A DNA stretch of 58,665 nt from assembly GCA_030148905.1 (NCBI GenBank), contig JASBSO010000208.1:1-58665 (forward strand), in the 5' to 3' direction. Below the pieces are notes generated by a model. It was not told where the DNA came from, did no database searches, and worked only from the letters and a program-made list of their open reading frames with translations. The position numbers and the translations under genes were made by a program. Of this stretch, positions 46,983-54,827 are shown in pieces (position 1 is the stretch's first letter; every line of letters begins with the position of its first letter). This DNA is from Kordiimonadaceae bacterium. Its GTDB lineage: Bacteria; Pseudomonadota; Alphaproteobacteria; Sphingomonadales; Kordiimonadaceae.

Positions 46983-47157
46983 GTTCGCGCCTAAGCTCGT
47001 CATTGCGGTATTGGCTGAGCGCGTACACCGCCCAGATCGCGGCAATCGGCCAGCCGATCAGCGTTGCCCACAGTAGCAAACACATCAACCCTTGTATGGG
47101 GCGGCTGATCGTGAAAAACACCAAAGGCGGAAGAAAAATAGCAATCAGCAAACGCAT
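46966..47157 (-). CDS. small two-helix membrane protein (YqaE/Pmp3-like)
   Basis: 63 aa from MRLLIAIFLPPLVFF. Two hydrophobic helices. The ORF track extends to 47247. Confidence 0.55.
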   Translation of the reverse strand: MRLLIAIFLPPLVFFTISRPIQGLMCLLLWATLIGWPIAAIWAVYALSQYRNDELRRELSRRY

Positions 47158-47211
47158 GCTGGTCTCCTTAGGGTTTTCGGACCGATTATATCGTATTGAT
47201 ATAAATATTGG

Positions 47212-48444
47212 ATGACCTCGGCGATGCGTCAAGGGAGTATGATGCAAAAAACCGCTTCGCTTTGGGTGCTGACACTGGCCGAAGTTGCCGGTATGAGCCT
47301 GTGGTTCACCTCGAGCGCTGTGTTGGGCAGTTTGAGCGCAGAAACGGGCATTGGAGCCGCAGCGCAGGCGGCACTGGCCAGTGCCGTGCAGGCGGGCTTT
47401 GTTTTGGGGGCATTGGTCATTGCTTTCACTGGGCTGGCTGACCGTTTTGACGCGCGGCGTGTGTTTGCGGTGTCGGCGATTATCGCTGCGGCGGCAACCG
47501 CGAGCCTGCTGCTGTTGCCTGGGGGTCAGTGGTCTGGTCTGACAATCCTTTGTGCAGTGATAAGCCGCGGCGTTGCAGGCGCGGCGCTGGCGGGTGTTTA
47601 TCCCGTTGGCATGCGCCTGGCGGCGGCATGGGGGGTAAAGGACCGTGGGTTTTTGGTCGGTCTGCTTGTTGGGGCCTTAACGCTTGGCTCAGCCTTGCCG
47701 CATTTGGTCGCGCTTGGCGGGGGCAGTGATTGGCGCTTTACCGTAATGGTCACAAGTCTGGTTGCGGCACTCGGGGGCGGCGCTGTTCTTTCAACCGGGC
47801 TGGGCCCGCATTTTGGCCGCCTTGGCCGCTTTCACCCACGTGCGCTGTCGGTTGTATGGCGGGACAGCCGTCTCAGGCGTGCTTATCTCGGATATTTTGG
47901 CCATATGTGGGAGCTGTATGCCATGTGGGCGTGGCTTGGTGTGGCCTTGGCCGCGGGCTTTGCGCAGCAGATGGCGCAAACAGAAGCCGCGCATATCGCC
48001 GGGGTGACGGTGTTTGTTGCCATTACAGCGGGCGGTGCCGCCTGTTTGATTGGCGGGCGGATTGCGGACCGCTACGGCAAGGCCGAGGTGACAATCGCCG
48101 CCATGGGGCTGAGTGCGACAATGGCGCTGGCGACGGCAACAGCGCTCGCCTTATCTGCGCCGGTCAGCGTAACGGTTGTGTGCGCAGTCATATGGGGCTT
48201 TGCGGTGATTCCAGATTCGCCGCAATTTTCCGCGATTGTTGCAGATGTTGCCCCGCCCGAGCTGACCGGCAGCCTGCTGACGCTTCAAACCGCGCTTGGG
48301 TTTTTGCTGACGGCGCTAACGGTGCAGGCAAGTCCAACGGTTGCCGCCGCAATTGGCTGGCCCGCAACCCTGGCCCTGTTGGCGGTTGGTCCGATTTTAG
48401 GCGTGTTCGCCATGCTCCAGCTGCGACTGGACCTGCGTGCGTAA
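47212..48444 (+). CDS. MFS transporter
   Basis: 410 aa with about 12 hydrophobic segments. Confidence 0.8.
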   Translation: MTSAMRQGSMMQKTASLWVLTLAEVAGMSLWFTSSAVLGSLSAETGIGAAAQAALASAVQAGFVLGALVIAFTGLADRFDARRVFAVSAIIAAAATASLLLLPGGQWSGLTILCAVISRGVAGAALAGVYPVGMRLAAAWGVKDRGFLVGLLVGALTLGSALPHLVALGGGSDWRFTVMVTSLVAALGGGAVLSTGLGPHFGRLGRFHPRALSVVWRDSRLRRAYLGYFGHMWELYAMWAWLGVALAAGFAQQMAQTEAAHIAGVTVFVAITAGGAACLIGGRIADRYGKAEVTIAAMGLSATMALATATALALSAPVSVTVVCAVIWGFAVIPDSPQFSAIVADVAPPELTGSLLTLQTALGFLLTALTVQASPTVAAAIGWPATLALLAVGPILGVFAMLQLRLDLRA

Positions 48445-49593
48445 TTTTTCGGGGAAAAAGTCGGTTAACCCCAGTAGCCCGTCGTCGACGACAAATTTTT
48501 CGCCGTCTGGGCGTTTTTTCAGCGCCGACAGAAACAGGCGCGTCACTTCATCCCAGCTATAGAGCTGGGCGAAATTGGCGCAGTCACGGCGGTTGAGCGT
48601 CAGCGCCGTGCGGATTGCGGTGTCTAGGTCATCGTCAAGCGCGGCGATTTGGGTGTTCCAATTGGGGAACGGGCCACGGCCATCTTGCCCCAAAACATCA
48701 ACTGGCCCCTGAACAGGATAGGCGGCCACCGGCGTGCCGCTGGCCAGTGCCTCGATCATCACAAGCCCAAAGGTATCGGTTTTGGACGGGAAGACAAATA
48801 CATCGGCGGCAGCATAAGCGCGCGCCAGATCTTCGCCGTACAGCGCCCCCAAAAACCGCGCCTTAGGGTACCGGGCGGCCAAATCCTCGCGCGCGGGGCC
48901 GTCGCCAACCACCACCTTGGTGCCGGGCGTGTCGGCATTCAAAAAGGCCTCCAGGTTTTTTTCAACCGCGACCCGGCCGACGCACAATTGGATCGGTCCT
49001 TCAAAATCCAGACTGGCATTGGGGCGCGGGTAAAACAGTTCGGTGTCGACGCCGCGTGTCCAAGGGACGATTCGGTTGAAGCCCTTATCTTCCAATAGGT
49101 CGCGTACGCTTCGAGTGGCGACCAAAACACCGCTGGAGGCGGCGTGAAATCGCTTGAAAATCGGGTAAAACCAGTCGGCGGGTAGGTGGCTGCGCGCCGA
49201 CATATATTCCGGAAAGGCCGTGTGATAGGCGGTGGTAAAGGGGTGCCCGATCCGAATACAGAAATTGCGCGCCGCCCAGCCCAGTGGCCCTTCGGTCGCG
49301 ATGTGAATCGCGTCGGGCTGAAAGCGCTTTAAAATCCGTGCCAGCCGAAACGGCACATTCAGCGCCAGCTGTATTTCCGGATAGGTCGGCATGGGCATGG
49401 TTTTGAACATTTTGGGCGACAAAACCAAAACCCTGAGCCCGCGCTTGCGCAGTTCGCGCTTCAAGGTATCAAGCGTACGCACAACGCCGTTAACCTGCGG
49501 GTGCCAAGCATCTGTGACAATGCAGATCCGCTTTAATTCGGTGTCGTAATCCGGCAGGGCCGGTACAGGCTTCCTGTACATAGTGAACCGCAT
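48397..49593 (-). CDS. glycosyltransferase family 4 (GT-B, retaining)
   Basis: 398 aa. IVTDAWHPQVNGVV N-terminus and a C-terminal EALASGTPV (EX7E region). The ATG shares one base with the upstream TAA. Confidence 0.85.
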   Translation of the reverse strand: MRFTMYRKPVPALPDYDTELKRICIVTDAWHPQVNGVVRTLDTLKRELRKRGLRVLVLSPKMFKTMPMPTYPEIQLALNVPFRLARILKRFQPDAIHIATEGPLGWAARNFCIRIGHPFTTAYHTAFPEYMSARSHLPADWFYPIFKRFHAASSGVLVATRSVRDLLEDKGFNRIVPWTRGVDTELFYPRPNASLDFEGPIQLCVGRVAVEKNLEAFLNADTPGTKVVVGDGPAREDLAARYPKARFLGALYGEDLARAYAAADVFVFPSKTDTFGLVMIEALASGTPVAAYPVQGPVDVLGQDGRGPFPNWNTQIAALDDDLDTAIRTALTLNRRDCANFAQLYSWDEVTRLFLSALKKRPDGEKFVVDDGLLGLTDFFPEKLRTQVQSQLEHGEHA

Positions 49594-50528
49594 TATTCGG
49601 CCGCCGCAGGGGTTGCGTCAACAGGTTGCGCTTTCTTTTTCCGGGCCTTTTTCGCCGAAGACTTGGCCCATGCAGCCTGCTCGCGGGCGGCGACTTCATC
49701 GGCATAATATATGATTTCCCACGCGCCGTCATCATGTTCAACCAGAGCTGTGCAGCTTTCCACCCAGTCGCCGTCATTGAAATATTCAATATCTTCGATC
49801 ATGCGGCGTTCGGCATGGTGGATGTGGCCGCAAATGACGCCCTGCACGCCGCGGCGGCGGGCCTCCTGCGCGACCGCCGTTTCAAACCGACCGATATATT
49901 CAACCGCATTTTTCACCCGCTGTTTCAGATAGGCCGACAGCGACCAATAGCTGAAGCCAAGCTTGCGGCGGAACCAGTTAAAGACCGTATTGATTTTGAG
50001 AAGGGTGACATACGCCCAGTCGCCAATCATCGCGAGCCACTTGGCGTTCAGGACCACGCCGTCAAATATGTCGCCGTGCAGCACCCAGTATTTTTTGCCG
50101 TTGGCGGCCTGGTAAATGGTGTCCATCACCATCGAGACCCCAGCCATATTATTGCCGACGAAATCGCGAAAGCCTTCGTCGTGATTGCCGGGGATGTAGA
50201 CAACTTTGGTGCCGCTTTTGGCGATTTTCAAAACCTTGCGAATCACGTCATTATGCGTGGTGTCCCAATACCAGGATTTTTTCAGCCGCCATCCATCAAC
50301 GATATCGCCGACCAAAAACAGTGTGTCGCATTTGATTTCGCGCAGAAATTGCAGCAGCAGGTCTGCCCGCGCGGCGCGGGTACCCAAATGCGTGTCGGAA
50401 ATAAATACGGCGCGGTATCGGCGCTTTTTACGGTCGGGCTCGTCGCCCGTTGGGACGCCATCACCCTTGCCGGGTATGAAAAGCGACGGATCGGTCAGCG
50501 GATTGGGAGACATTGCACCTTCGACCAT
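49593..50528 (-). CDS. LpxH-like metallophosphoesterase (UDP-2,3-diacylglucosamine diphosphatase family)
   Basis: 311 aa. Calcineurin-like motifs ISDTHLG, VGDIVDGW and GNHD. Confidence 0.8.
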   Translation of the reverse strand: MVEGAMSPNPLTDPSLFIPGKGDGVPTGDEPDRKKRRYRAVFISDTHLGTRAARADLLLQFLREIKCDTLFLVGDIVDGWRLKKSWYWDTTHNDVIRKVLKIAKSGTKVVYIPGNHDEGFRDFVGNNMAGVSMVMDTIYQAANGKKYWVLHGDIFDGVVLNAKWLAMIGDWAYVTLLKINTVFNWFRRKLGFSYWSLSAYLKQRVKNAVEYIGRFETAVAQEARRRGVQGVICGHIHHAERRMIEDIEYFNDGDWVESCTALVEHDDGAWEIIYYADEVAAREQAAWAKSSAKKARKKKAQPVDATPAAAE

Positions 50529-50779
50529 ATCTTACCTGCCTTTACACAAAAGGACCGCAAAGCAGATGCTTTCTGGCCCTTGATCGGGTTGTCGTCCCAC
50601 GCGGTTTGGGCCCTGCCGCACCCTGCCAGCCTATAGCATAGACCAGCTGAGGCGTCTGCGGCGAATCTCATTTGCCCTTGGATGCGTTTTGACGCTGCGC
50701 CGTGACAGCGCGGTGAATCTGGCGTGACAGATTTATGAAGGGTGATCATCACCGCGCGCCATCGGCATAATAAAATTTC

Positions 50780-50936
50780 AGTCTCACGCAAGATAACCCA
50801 AATGTGAGGGAGTGTTAGTGGCAAGCTGGGCCAGATCGCGGCACAGTCTGGGTGTGACGAAAGTTACAGCGTGCTTCTTTTGAAGTGCGTTTCCTCCCTG
50901 AGCCTGGGCCACGTTCTTGAACGTGGCTCTTTTTTT
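50780..50936 (+). ncRNA. candidate small RNA ending at an orphan terminator
   Basis: A plus-strand intrinsic terminator (50908-50936) has no plus-strand CDS upstream. Hairpins at 50783-50808 and 50831-50851. Single-stranded-looking UUUCCUCCCUGA at 50890-50901. The 5' end is not defined. Confidence 0.3.
50908..50936 (+). terminator. rho-independent terminator (orphan, plus strand)
   Basis: gccacgtt cttg aacgtggc 8-bp stem followed by tcttttttt. Confidence 0.8.
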
Positions 50937-50964
50937 GGGCTTCGGGCAAAGGCGCATGGGTGGT

Positions 50965-51897
50965 TTATTCCGCCGCAATGGTTTCGGCTGAATTTGCCCC
51001 GCCAAGGCCAAGGCGCGGCAGTTTTTCAACAAACCCAAGCATCATGTCGTGCAGTTGGTCTTGCAGTCGGGCAAATCCGGCATGTTTGGCAAAACTGCGC
51101 TCGTGCATATATAGGCTGCGGCAAATTTCCAGCTGCACCACATGTACATGGGCATTCGGACGCCCATAAAATTCGGTAATAAAGCCACCGGCATAGGGCA
51201 CATTGCGCCGCACGCGCAGGCGCTGGCGGATCAAAAGCGATTCGAGCGCCGATGGCACCCGCCGGTCTGCAGCGCGCCCCCAATTGTCGCCGAGCACGAT
51301 ATCGGCTGCGCGCTGGGTGTCGTCCAGGCCGCCGGTCATCGCCGCAGACGGCATGCTGTGGCCGTCGATCAAAACGGCATAGCCAAAGATGTCTTTCAGG
51401 CGTGCGATCATCGTTTGAACGGCGCCGTGATACGGATGATAGACGCGGTCAAGCCGGTGGTTGATCTCATCCGCCGGCAGCGGGCCGGAATAGAGGGTCA
51501 TGCCGCGCGCCACCAGTTTGGGGATAACCCCAAGGCCCGCGGAAACGCGCCGACTTTGCGCAACAGGCAGGCCCGGTGGCAGGCCGTCATACATCGTGGG
51601 GTCCAGCTCGTCCGGGCGGCGGTTCAGGTCGACATAGGCGCGGGCATGGCTGGCGATCAGCACCGGCAGGCCAAGCGCGGCGGACGGGGTCAGCAGGTCA
51701 TCCACCCAGCAGTCTTCTGACAGGCGCAAGGCGCGCGGTTCTAACGTGGTTTGGGCCAGAAATTCGGGCGGGTAAAACCGTCCGCTATGCGGCATCATCA
51801 GCAAGATAGGTGCGGTTACCTGCTCGGGTTCAAACAGGAAAAAGGGCGGGGGGCAGTCCCGCGCTGTATACCGCTCTGGCTGGTGGATATTGCGCAT
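50965..51897 (-). CDS. N-formylglutamate amidohydrolase family protein
   Basis: 310 aa. FGase-family pattern (PHSGR..P, DLNR, IDGHSM). Confidence 0.8.
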   Translation of the reverse strand: MRNIHQPERYTARDCPPPFFLFEPEQVTAPILLMMPHSGRFYPPEFLAQTTLEPRALRLSEDCWVDDLLTPSAALGLPVLIASHARAYVDLNRRPDELDPTMYDGLPPGLPVAQSRRVSAGLGVIPKLVARGMTLYSGPLPADEINHRLDRVYHPYHGAVQTMIARLKDIFGYAVLIDGHSMPSAAMTGGLDDTQRAADIVLGDNWGRAADRRVPSALESLLIRQRLRVRRNVPYAGGFITEFYGRPNAHVHVVQLEICRSLYMHERSFAKHAGFARLQDQLHDMMLGFVEKLPRLGLGGANSAETIAAE

Positions 51898-51993
51898 GCC
51901 GCAAGCTTAGCGGTGATTGCGCGCGGCGGCCTAGCATTTTTTGTCCGCACCCGCGAAAAACGCGCTCCAGCGCGGCAAAGTGCGACTTCCCCC

Positions 51994-52022
51994 TTGCGCT
52001 TTTAGCCGGGCTTCGCTAAAAC
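51994..52022 (+). promoter_or_regulatory. putative sigma-70-type promoter of tRNA-Val
   Basis: TTGCGC (51994-51999) and GCTAAAAC (52015-52022) resemble the Caulobacter TTGaCgS / GCtANAWC consensus, as recalled. It lies about 40 nt upstream of the tRNA. Confidence 0.35.
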
Positions 52023-52060
52023 CCGCGCTCGCCGCAGATGTTGCGGCGTCTCTATGGTGC

Positions 52061-52135
52061 GGACGCGTAGCTCAGTGGTAGAGCACTGTGTTGACATCGC
52101 AGGGGTCGGCAGTTCAATCCTGCCCGCGTCCACCA
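52061..52135 (+). tRNA. tRNA-Val (anticodon GAC), CCA encoded
   Basis: Cloverleaf folded by hand. Acceptor stem ggacgcg/cgcgtcc. D arm gctcagtggtagagc. Anticodon stem ctgtg/cgcag with loop ttGACat. T arm ggcag ttcaatc ctgcc. Discriminator A followed by CCA. Confidence 0.93.
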
Positions 52136-52142
52136 TTTTCTC

Positions 52143-52373
52143 TTAAGCCGTTGATTTCAAAATTCGCTGTGTTGAGGCGGGAAATCGCACCAGCGTATCG
52201 CCAGTGCGCATCGGACGCGGGCTGAGGGTGCCGCCGCAATTGGGGCATATACCGCCGGCGGCGTCGATACAGGGCACGCAAAAGGTACATTCAAAGCTGC
52301 AGATCAGCGCGCCGGGTTCATCCGCCGGCAGGTCTGTGTCGCACAGTTCGCAGTTGGGGCGCATCTCAAGCAT
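52143..52373 (-). CDS. DUF1272 family zinc-ribbon-like protein
   Basis: 76 aa. MLEMRPNCELCD...ICSFECTFC..C....CPNCGG cysteine pattern. Confidence 0.75.
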   Translation of the reverse strand: MLEMRPNCELCDTDLPADEPGALICSFECTFCVPCIDAAGGICPNCGGTLSPRPMRTGDTLVRFPASTQRILKSTA

Positions 52374-52842
52374 TGCCGGTGTTCCTTGCGATGCCGATTT
52401 TCAGGGCGTCTTCATAGGCTTGCAGTCCGTCGCCCGAGAGATGCTGCCGGGCGTGGGTGTTCAGCTTGTCAAGCGCAGCGCTTTGGTTGAGCGCCATATA
52501 AATTTGCGCCAGATGGACCAAAAGCGGCGCACTCGCAGGGGCAAGCGCGATGCCCTTGGCGCAGGTGTCGATGGCGTCCCGCGCCCGATTTTCCTGCACC
52601 ATCAGCTGGCTGGCCAAGAGATAGGCCTCGGCAGAATTCAGTGTTTCCAGCGCCGGTTCCAGCGCCGCCAGTGCAGGGCCGTAGCGTTTGTCGTTCAGGT
52701 GCAGCTGGCACAGCATGGTGCGCGGTTCCGGATTGTCGGGATAAGCGGCGATGGCGGCTTCTAAAATATTGCGCGCAGCGTCGGTTTCTCCTCCCGCTGC
52801 GGCGGCTTGGGCTTCAGCTTTCCATGTCTGTGTGCTGGTCAT
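52366..52842 (-). CDS. tetratricopeptide repeat protein
   Basis: Start taken at MTSTQTW (52842). Ala/Leu-rich TPR-like repeats. Overlaps the DUF1272 gene by 8 nt. Confidence 0.65.
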   Translation of the reverse strand: MTSTQTWKAEAQAAAAGGETDAARNILEAAIAAYPDNPEPRTMLCQLHLNDKRYGPALAALEPALETLNSAEAYLLASQLMVQENRARDAIDTCAKGIALAPASAPLLVHLAQIYMALNQSAALDKLNTHARQHLSGDGLQAYEDALKIGIARNTGNA

Positions 52843-53054
52843 GTGCCTGATATCTCCCCCGAGGTTGTCAACATATAGACGATTCTGGTCTATCGCGCAC
52901 GAAATATTGCGATTTTCCCCGAAGGCATATGCGCCTGCCATTTCCATAAAGAGCAGCAATCGGTTTTCGCTGTAATTGTGGCAGTGGTCTCATTGTGACC
53001 AAAATTCGCATTCGAAGAGAATTGCAGCAACTTTAAGGAGGATTGCGGCGCGGC

Positions 53055-53090
53055 GAAGTTCATGGGCGAGCAGAAGTTCATGGGCGAGCA
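53055..53090. repeat. perfect 18-bp tandem duplication
   Basis: gaagttcatgggcgagca at 53055-53072 is repeated exactly at 53073-53090. Confidence 0.95.
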
Positions 53091-53320
53091 TATGACAGGG
53101 GGATGCATGTGGAATGTTGGCAAGGGTGCATCTTTATAGGAAGTTGCGGGTCATTTTTGCGCCGGGGTCAATGTGCCCAATCCGTGCACGCGGGGGAAGT
53201 CGGTGGATGACCCATATGACAAGCGGTTGGGGCTTCCCGGCACTGGAGGGGCAGGCGGCGCGGTGCCCACGCTGCTGCATCCTGAGGCCCAGGCAGCAAG
53301 CGGATATCAGCGGCCCACGC

Positions 53321-54028
53321 TTATGCAGGCATGCGCCGATGATGTACCCATAAAACACCCGCAAAAATGTTATCAATGCCTACGGTTTCTGTCGCGCCGT
53401 TTTCCGTGCCCGGCGTTGGCGCGCTCTGGTCTGGGTCGCCCAGATCAAAACGGTAGCTCTGATAGCGCGGATTAGGCTCTGCCGGGACCGCAACCAGCCA
53501 CAGGGCACCGTCCGCCGTGCGGTGCAAGCGCCGCAGCACAACGGTCTCGTCGCGCCGCGCCATCAAAAGTGCCCCCGGAACCAGCGGGAAATGATGCAGC
53601 CGTGGGTCTGCGCCTATCACCAAACTGCCTTCGGGGACCTCGGTCGCCATGGACTCGTCGCCCATCAGATAACAGTACAAGCCCTCATTTGTGGCCGCGT
53701 CGGGCGGTAAGGGAACGCTGGAAAAGGAAAGTGTATCGGCAGGGGCAATGTCGCCGGTGCCTGTTATGGCGCCCAAAACCGGCAGCCGGTCGTCACGGTT
53801 GTCGCCGTCGTCGGGGATAGACTGGCCCGCCTCAAGGCTTTTCAAAAGCCGTGTCGGGGACATGGCAAGCATGTTGGCGAGCGGTAAAATCTCATCCGAT
53901 TGCACCTCGCGCATGCCTTTAATGACATCGGTGACGCGCGGCGGCGAAATGCTGAGCCGCTGTGCTGCATCTTTCAACTTCAAACCGCGCGCCTTCAGCG
54001 CCGTTTTGAGCCAAGCTTGTTCTCTCAT
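53321..54028 (-). CDS. phage CI/LexA-like repressor (XRE HTH + S24 peptidase-like domain)
   Basis: Start at MREQAW (54028). HTH LKLKDAAQRLSISPPRVTDVIKG. S24-type GDESMATEVPEGSLVIGAD. The ORF track extends to 54133. Confidence 0.8.
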   Translation of the reverse strand: MREQAWLKTALKARGLKLKDAAQRLSISPPRVTDVIKGMREVQSDEILPLANMLAMSPTRLLKSLEAGQSIPDDGDNRDDRLPVLGAITGTGDIAPADTLSFSSVPLPPDAATNEGLYCYLMGDESMATEVPEGSLVIGADPRLHHFPLVPGALLMARRDETVVLRRLHRTADGALWLVAVPAEPNPRYQSYRFDLGDPDQSAPTPGTENGATETVGIDNIFAGVLWVHHRRMPA

Positions 54029-54146
54029 GTCTTCATTATTCCGGAAACCAACAGGCTTGTCATTTACGAAAAGAGAAAATTTAAGTCTTGTCAATAAACA
54101 TTCGATAAACGTAATATATTTTCTTGCAATCAAGGAGGCGATATCG
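54029..54146. promoter_or_regulatory. divergent promoter/operator region of the phage-like switch
   Basis: Plus strand: -35 TTGTCA (54088-54093), 18-nt spacer, -10 TAATAT (54112-54117). ATAAAC direct repeats at 54094-54099 and 54105-54110 lie inside the spacer. The complement of the -35 region reads TTGACA for the minus strand. Confidence 0.45.
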
Positions 54147-54710
54147 ATGAATGACGACAGTATAACGATGGCTTTGGATCAGGCTTGTAAGGATTTTGCG
54201 CGGTTGCTACAGCGCCGTACCCCAAGTGCAGACGATAGCCTCAATGCACAGATGACGCATTTTCTGGAGACCCGGCTGGTGGATGCCGCCTGGACCCTCC
54301 GCAGGCTGCCGGACCGGGAGAAAGGGTTTTTATATCAGCGCCAAACTCTATGGCCAGATATGCGCCAGACTGACGGTCAACCGATTGATTTATCAATAGA
54401 TACCGTCTTCGCGCGAAAGCAGGTCCGGCCCAGCCCGCGGCAGATTGATGCGATGATCCCCACCATGGACTTGCTGCGCTTACTGCCCGACATAAAAGAC
54501 CGCAATGTTGTGTTTTGGGGCGCATGGCACCAGGACGGCGAAGTCCAAGCGCGCATCCCATGGGCCAAGGTGCGGCGCAGCCTGGGCAGCGACCTGTCGC
54601 GTTGGACAATGAAACGCCGATATCAGAGCGCGTTGGACTGGCTGGCCCGCCTTGTTGTGCAGCGGAATCAAAAAAATTACAAAAAAAGTAAAAAAATGAT
54701 TGCACCCTAA
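54147..54710 (+). CDS. phage-associated protein of unknown function, putative late-gene regulator
   Basis: 187 aa. ATG at 54147 with a strong SD AAGGAGG (54132-54138). Divergent from the repressor. Arg/Trp-rich C-terminal segment. I recall similar proteins in alphaproteobacterial prophages but cannot verify this. Confidence 0.6.
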   Translation: MNDDSITMALDQACKDFARLLQRRTPSADDSLNAQMTHFLETRLVDAAWTLRRLPDREKGFLYQRQTLWPDMRQTDGQPIDLSIDTVFARKQVRPSPRQIDAMIPTMDLLRLLPDIKDRNVVFWGAWHQDGEVQARIPWAKVRRSLGSDLSRWTMKRRYQSALDWLARLVVQRNQKNYKKSKKMIAP

Positions 54711-54752
54711 AGACCAATTTGGTACAAGTTTCTTGTCATCGTGAACATCTGT

Positions 54753-54781
54753 ACCCGCCGCATTGCACGGCGGGTTTTTTT
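54753..54781 (+). terminator. strong rho-independent terminator upstream of terS
   Basis: cccgccg cattgca cggcggg: a 7-bp all-GC stem followed by 7 consecutive T. Confidence 0.85.
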
Positions 54782-54827
54782 GACCGGGCATGCAGCAGGT
54801 CGCCTTTTTGGGTGGGAGATCGGCAGT

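Noticed and set aside
50735-50770. 11-codon ORF (MKGDHHRAPSA) in the LpxH-like/FGase intergenic region, considered as a leader peptide.
   Set aside because: It is too short, has no SD, and there is no downstream plus-strand gene to regulate. The region is treated instead as a candidate sRNA.
52061-53194. tRNA-Val as the attachment site of the phage-like element. There is a weak resemblance between the tRNA 3' end (caatcctgcccgcg) and 53176-53194 (caatccgtgcacgcg).
   Set aside because: No integrase gene lies next to the tRNA. The similarity is short and imperfect, which is plausible by chance in GC-rich DNA. DUF1272 and TPR genes of normal composition lie in between. It is worth re-testing only once the right end of the element is available.
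53691-54146. Upstream part of the 339-aa plus-strand ORF 53691-54710.
   Set aside because: It is antisense to the well-supported repressor gene. A strong SD and ATG at 54147 define the real 187-aa gene.
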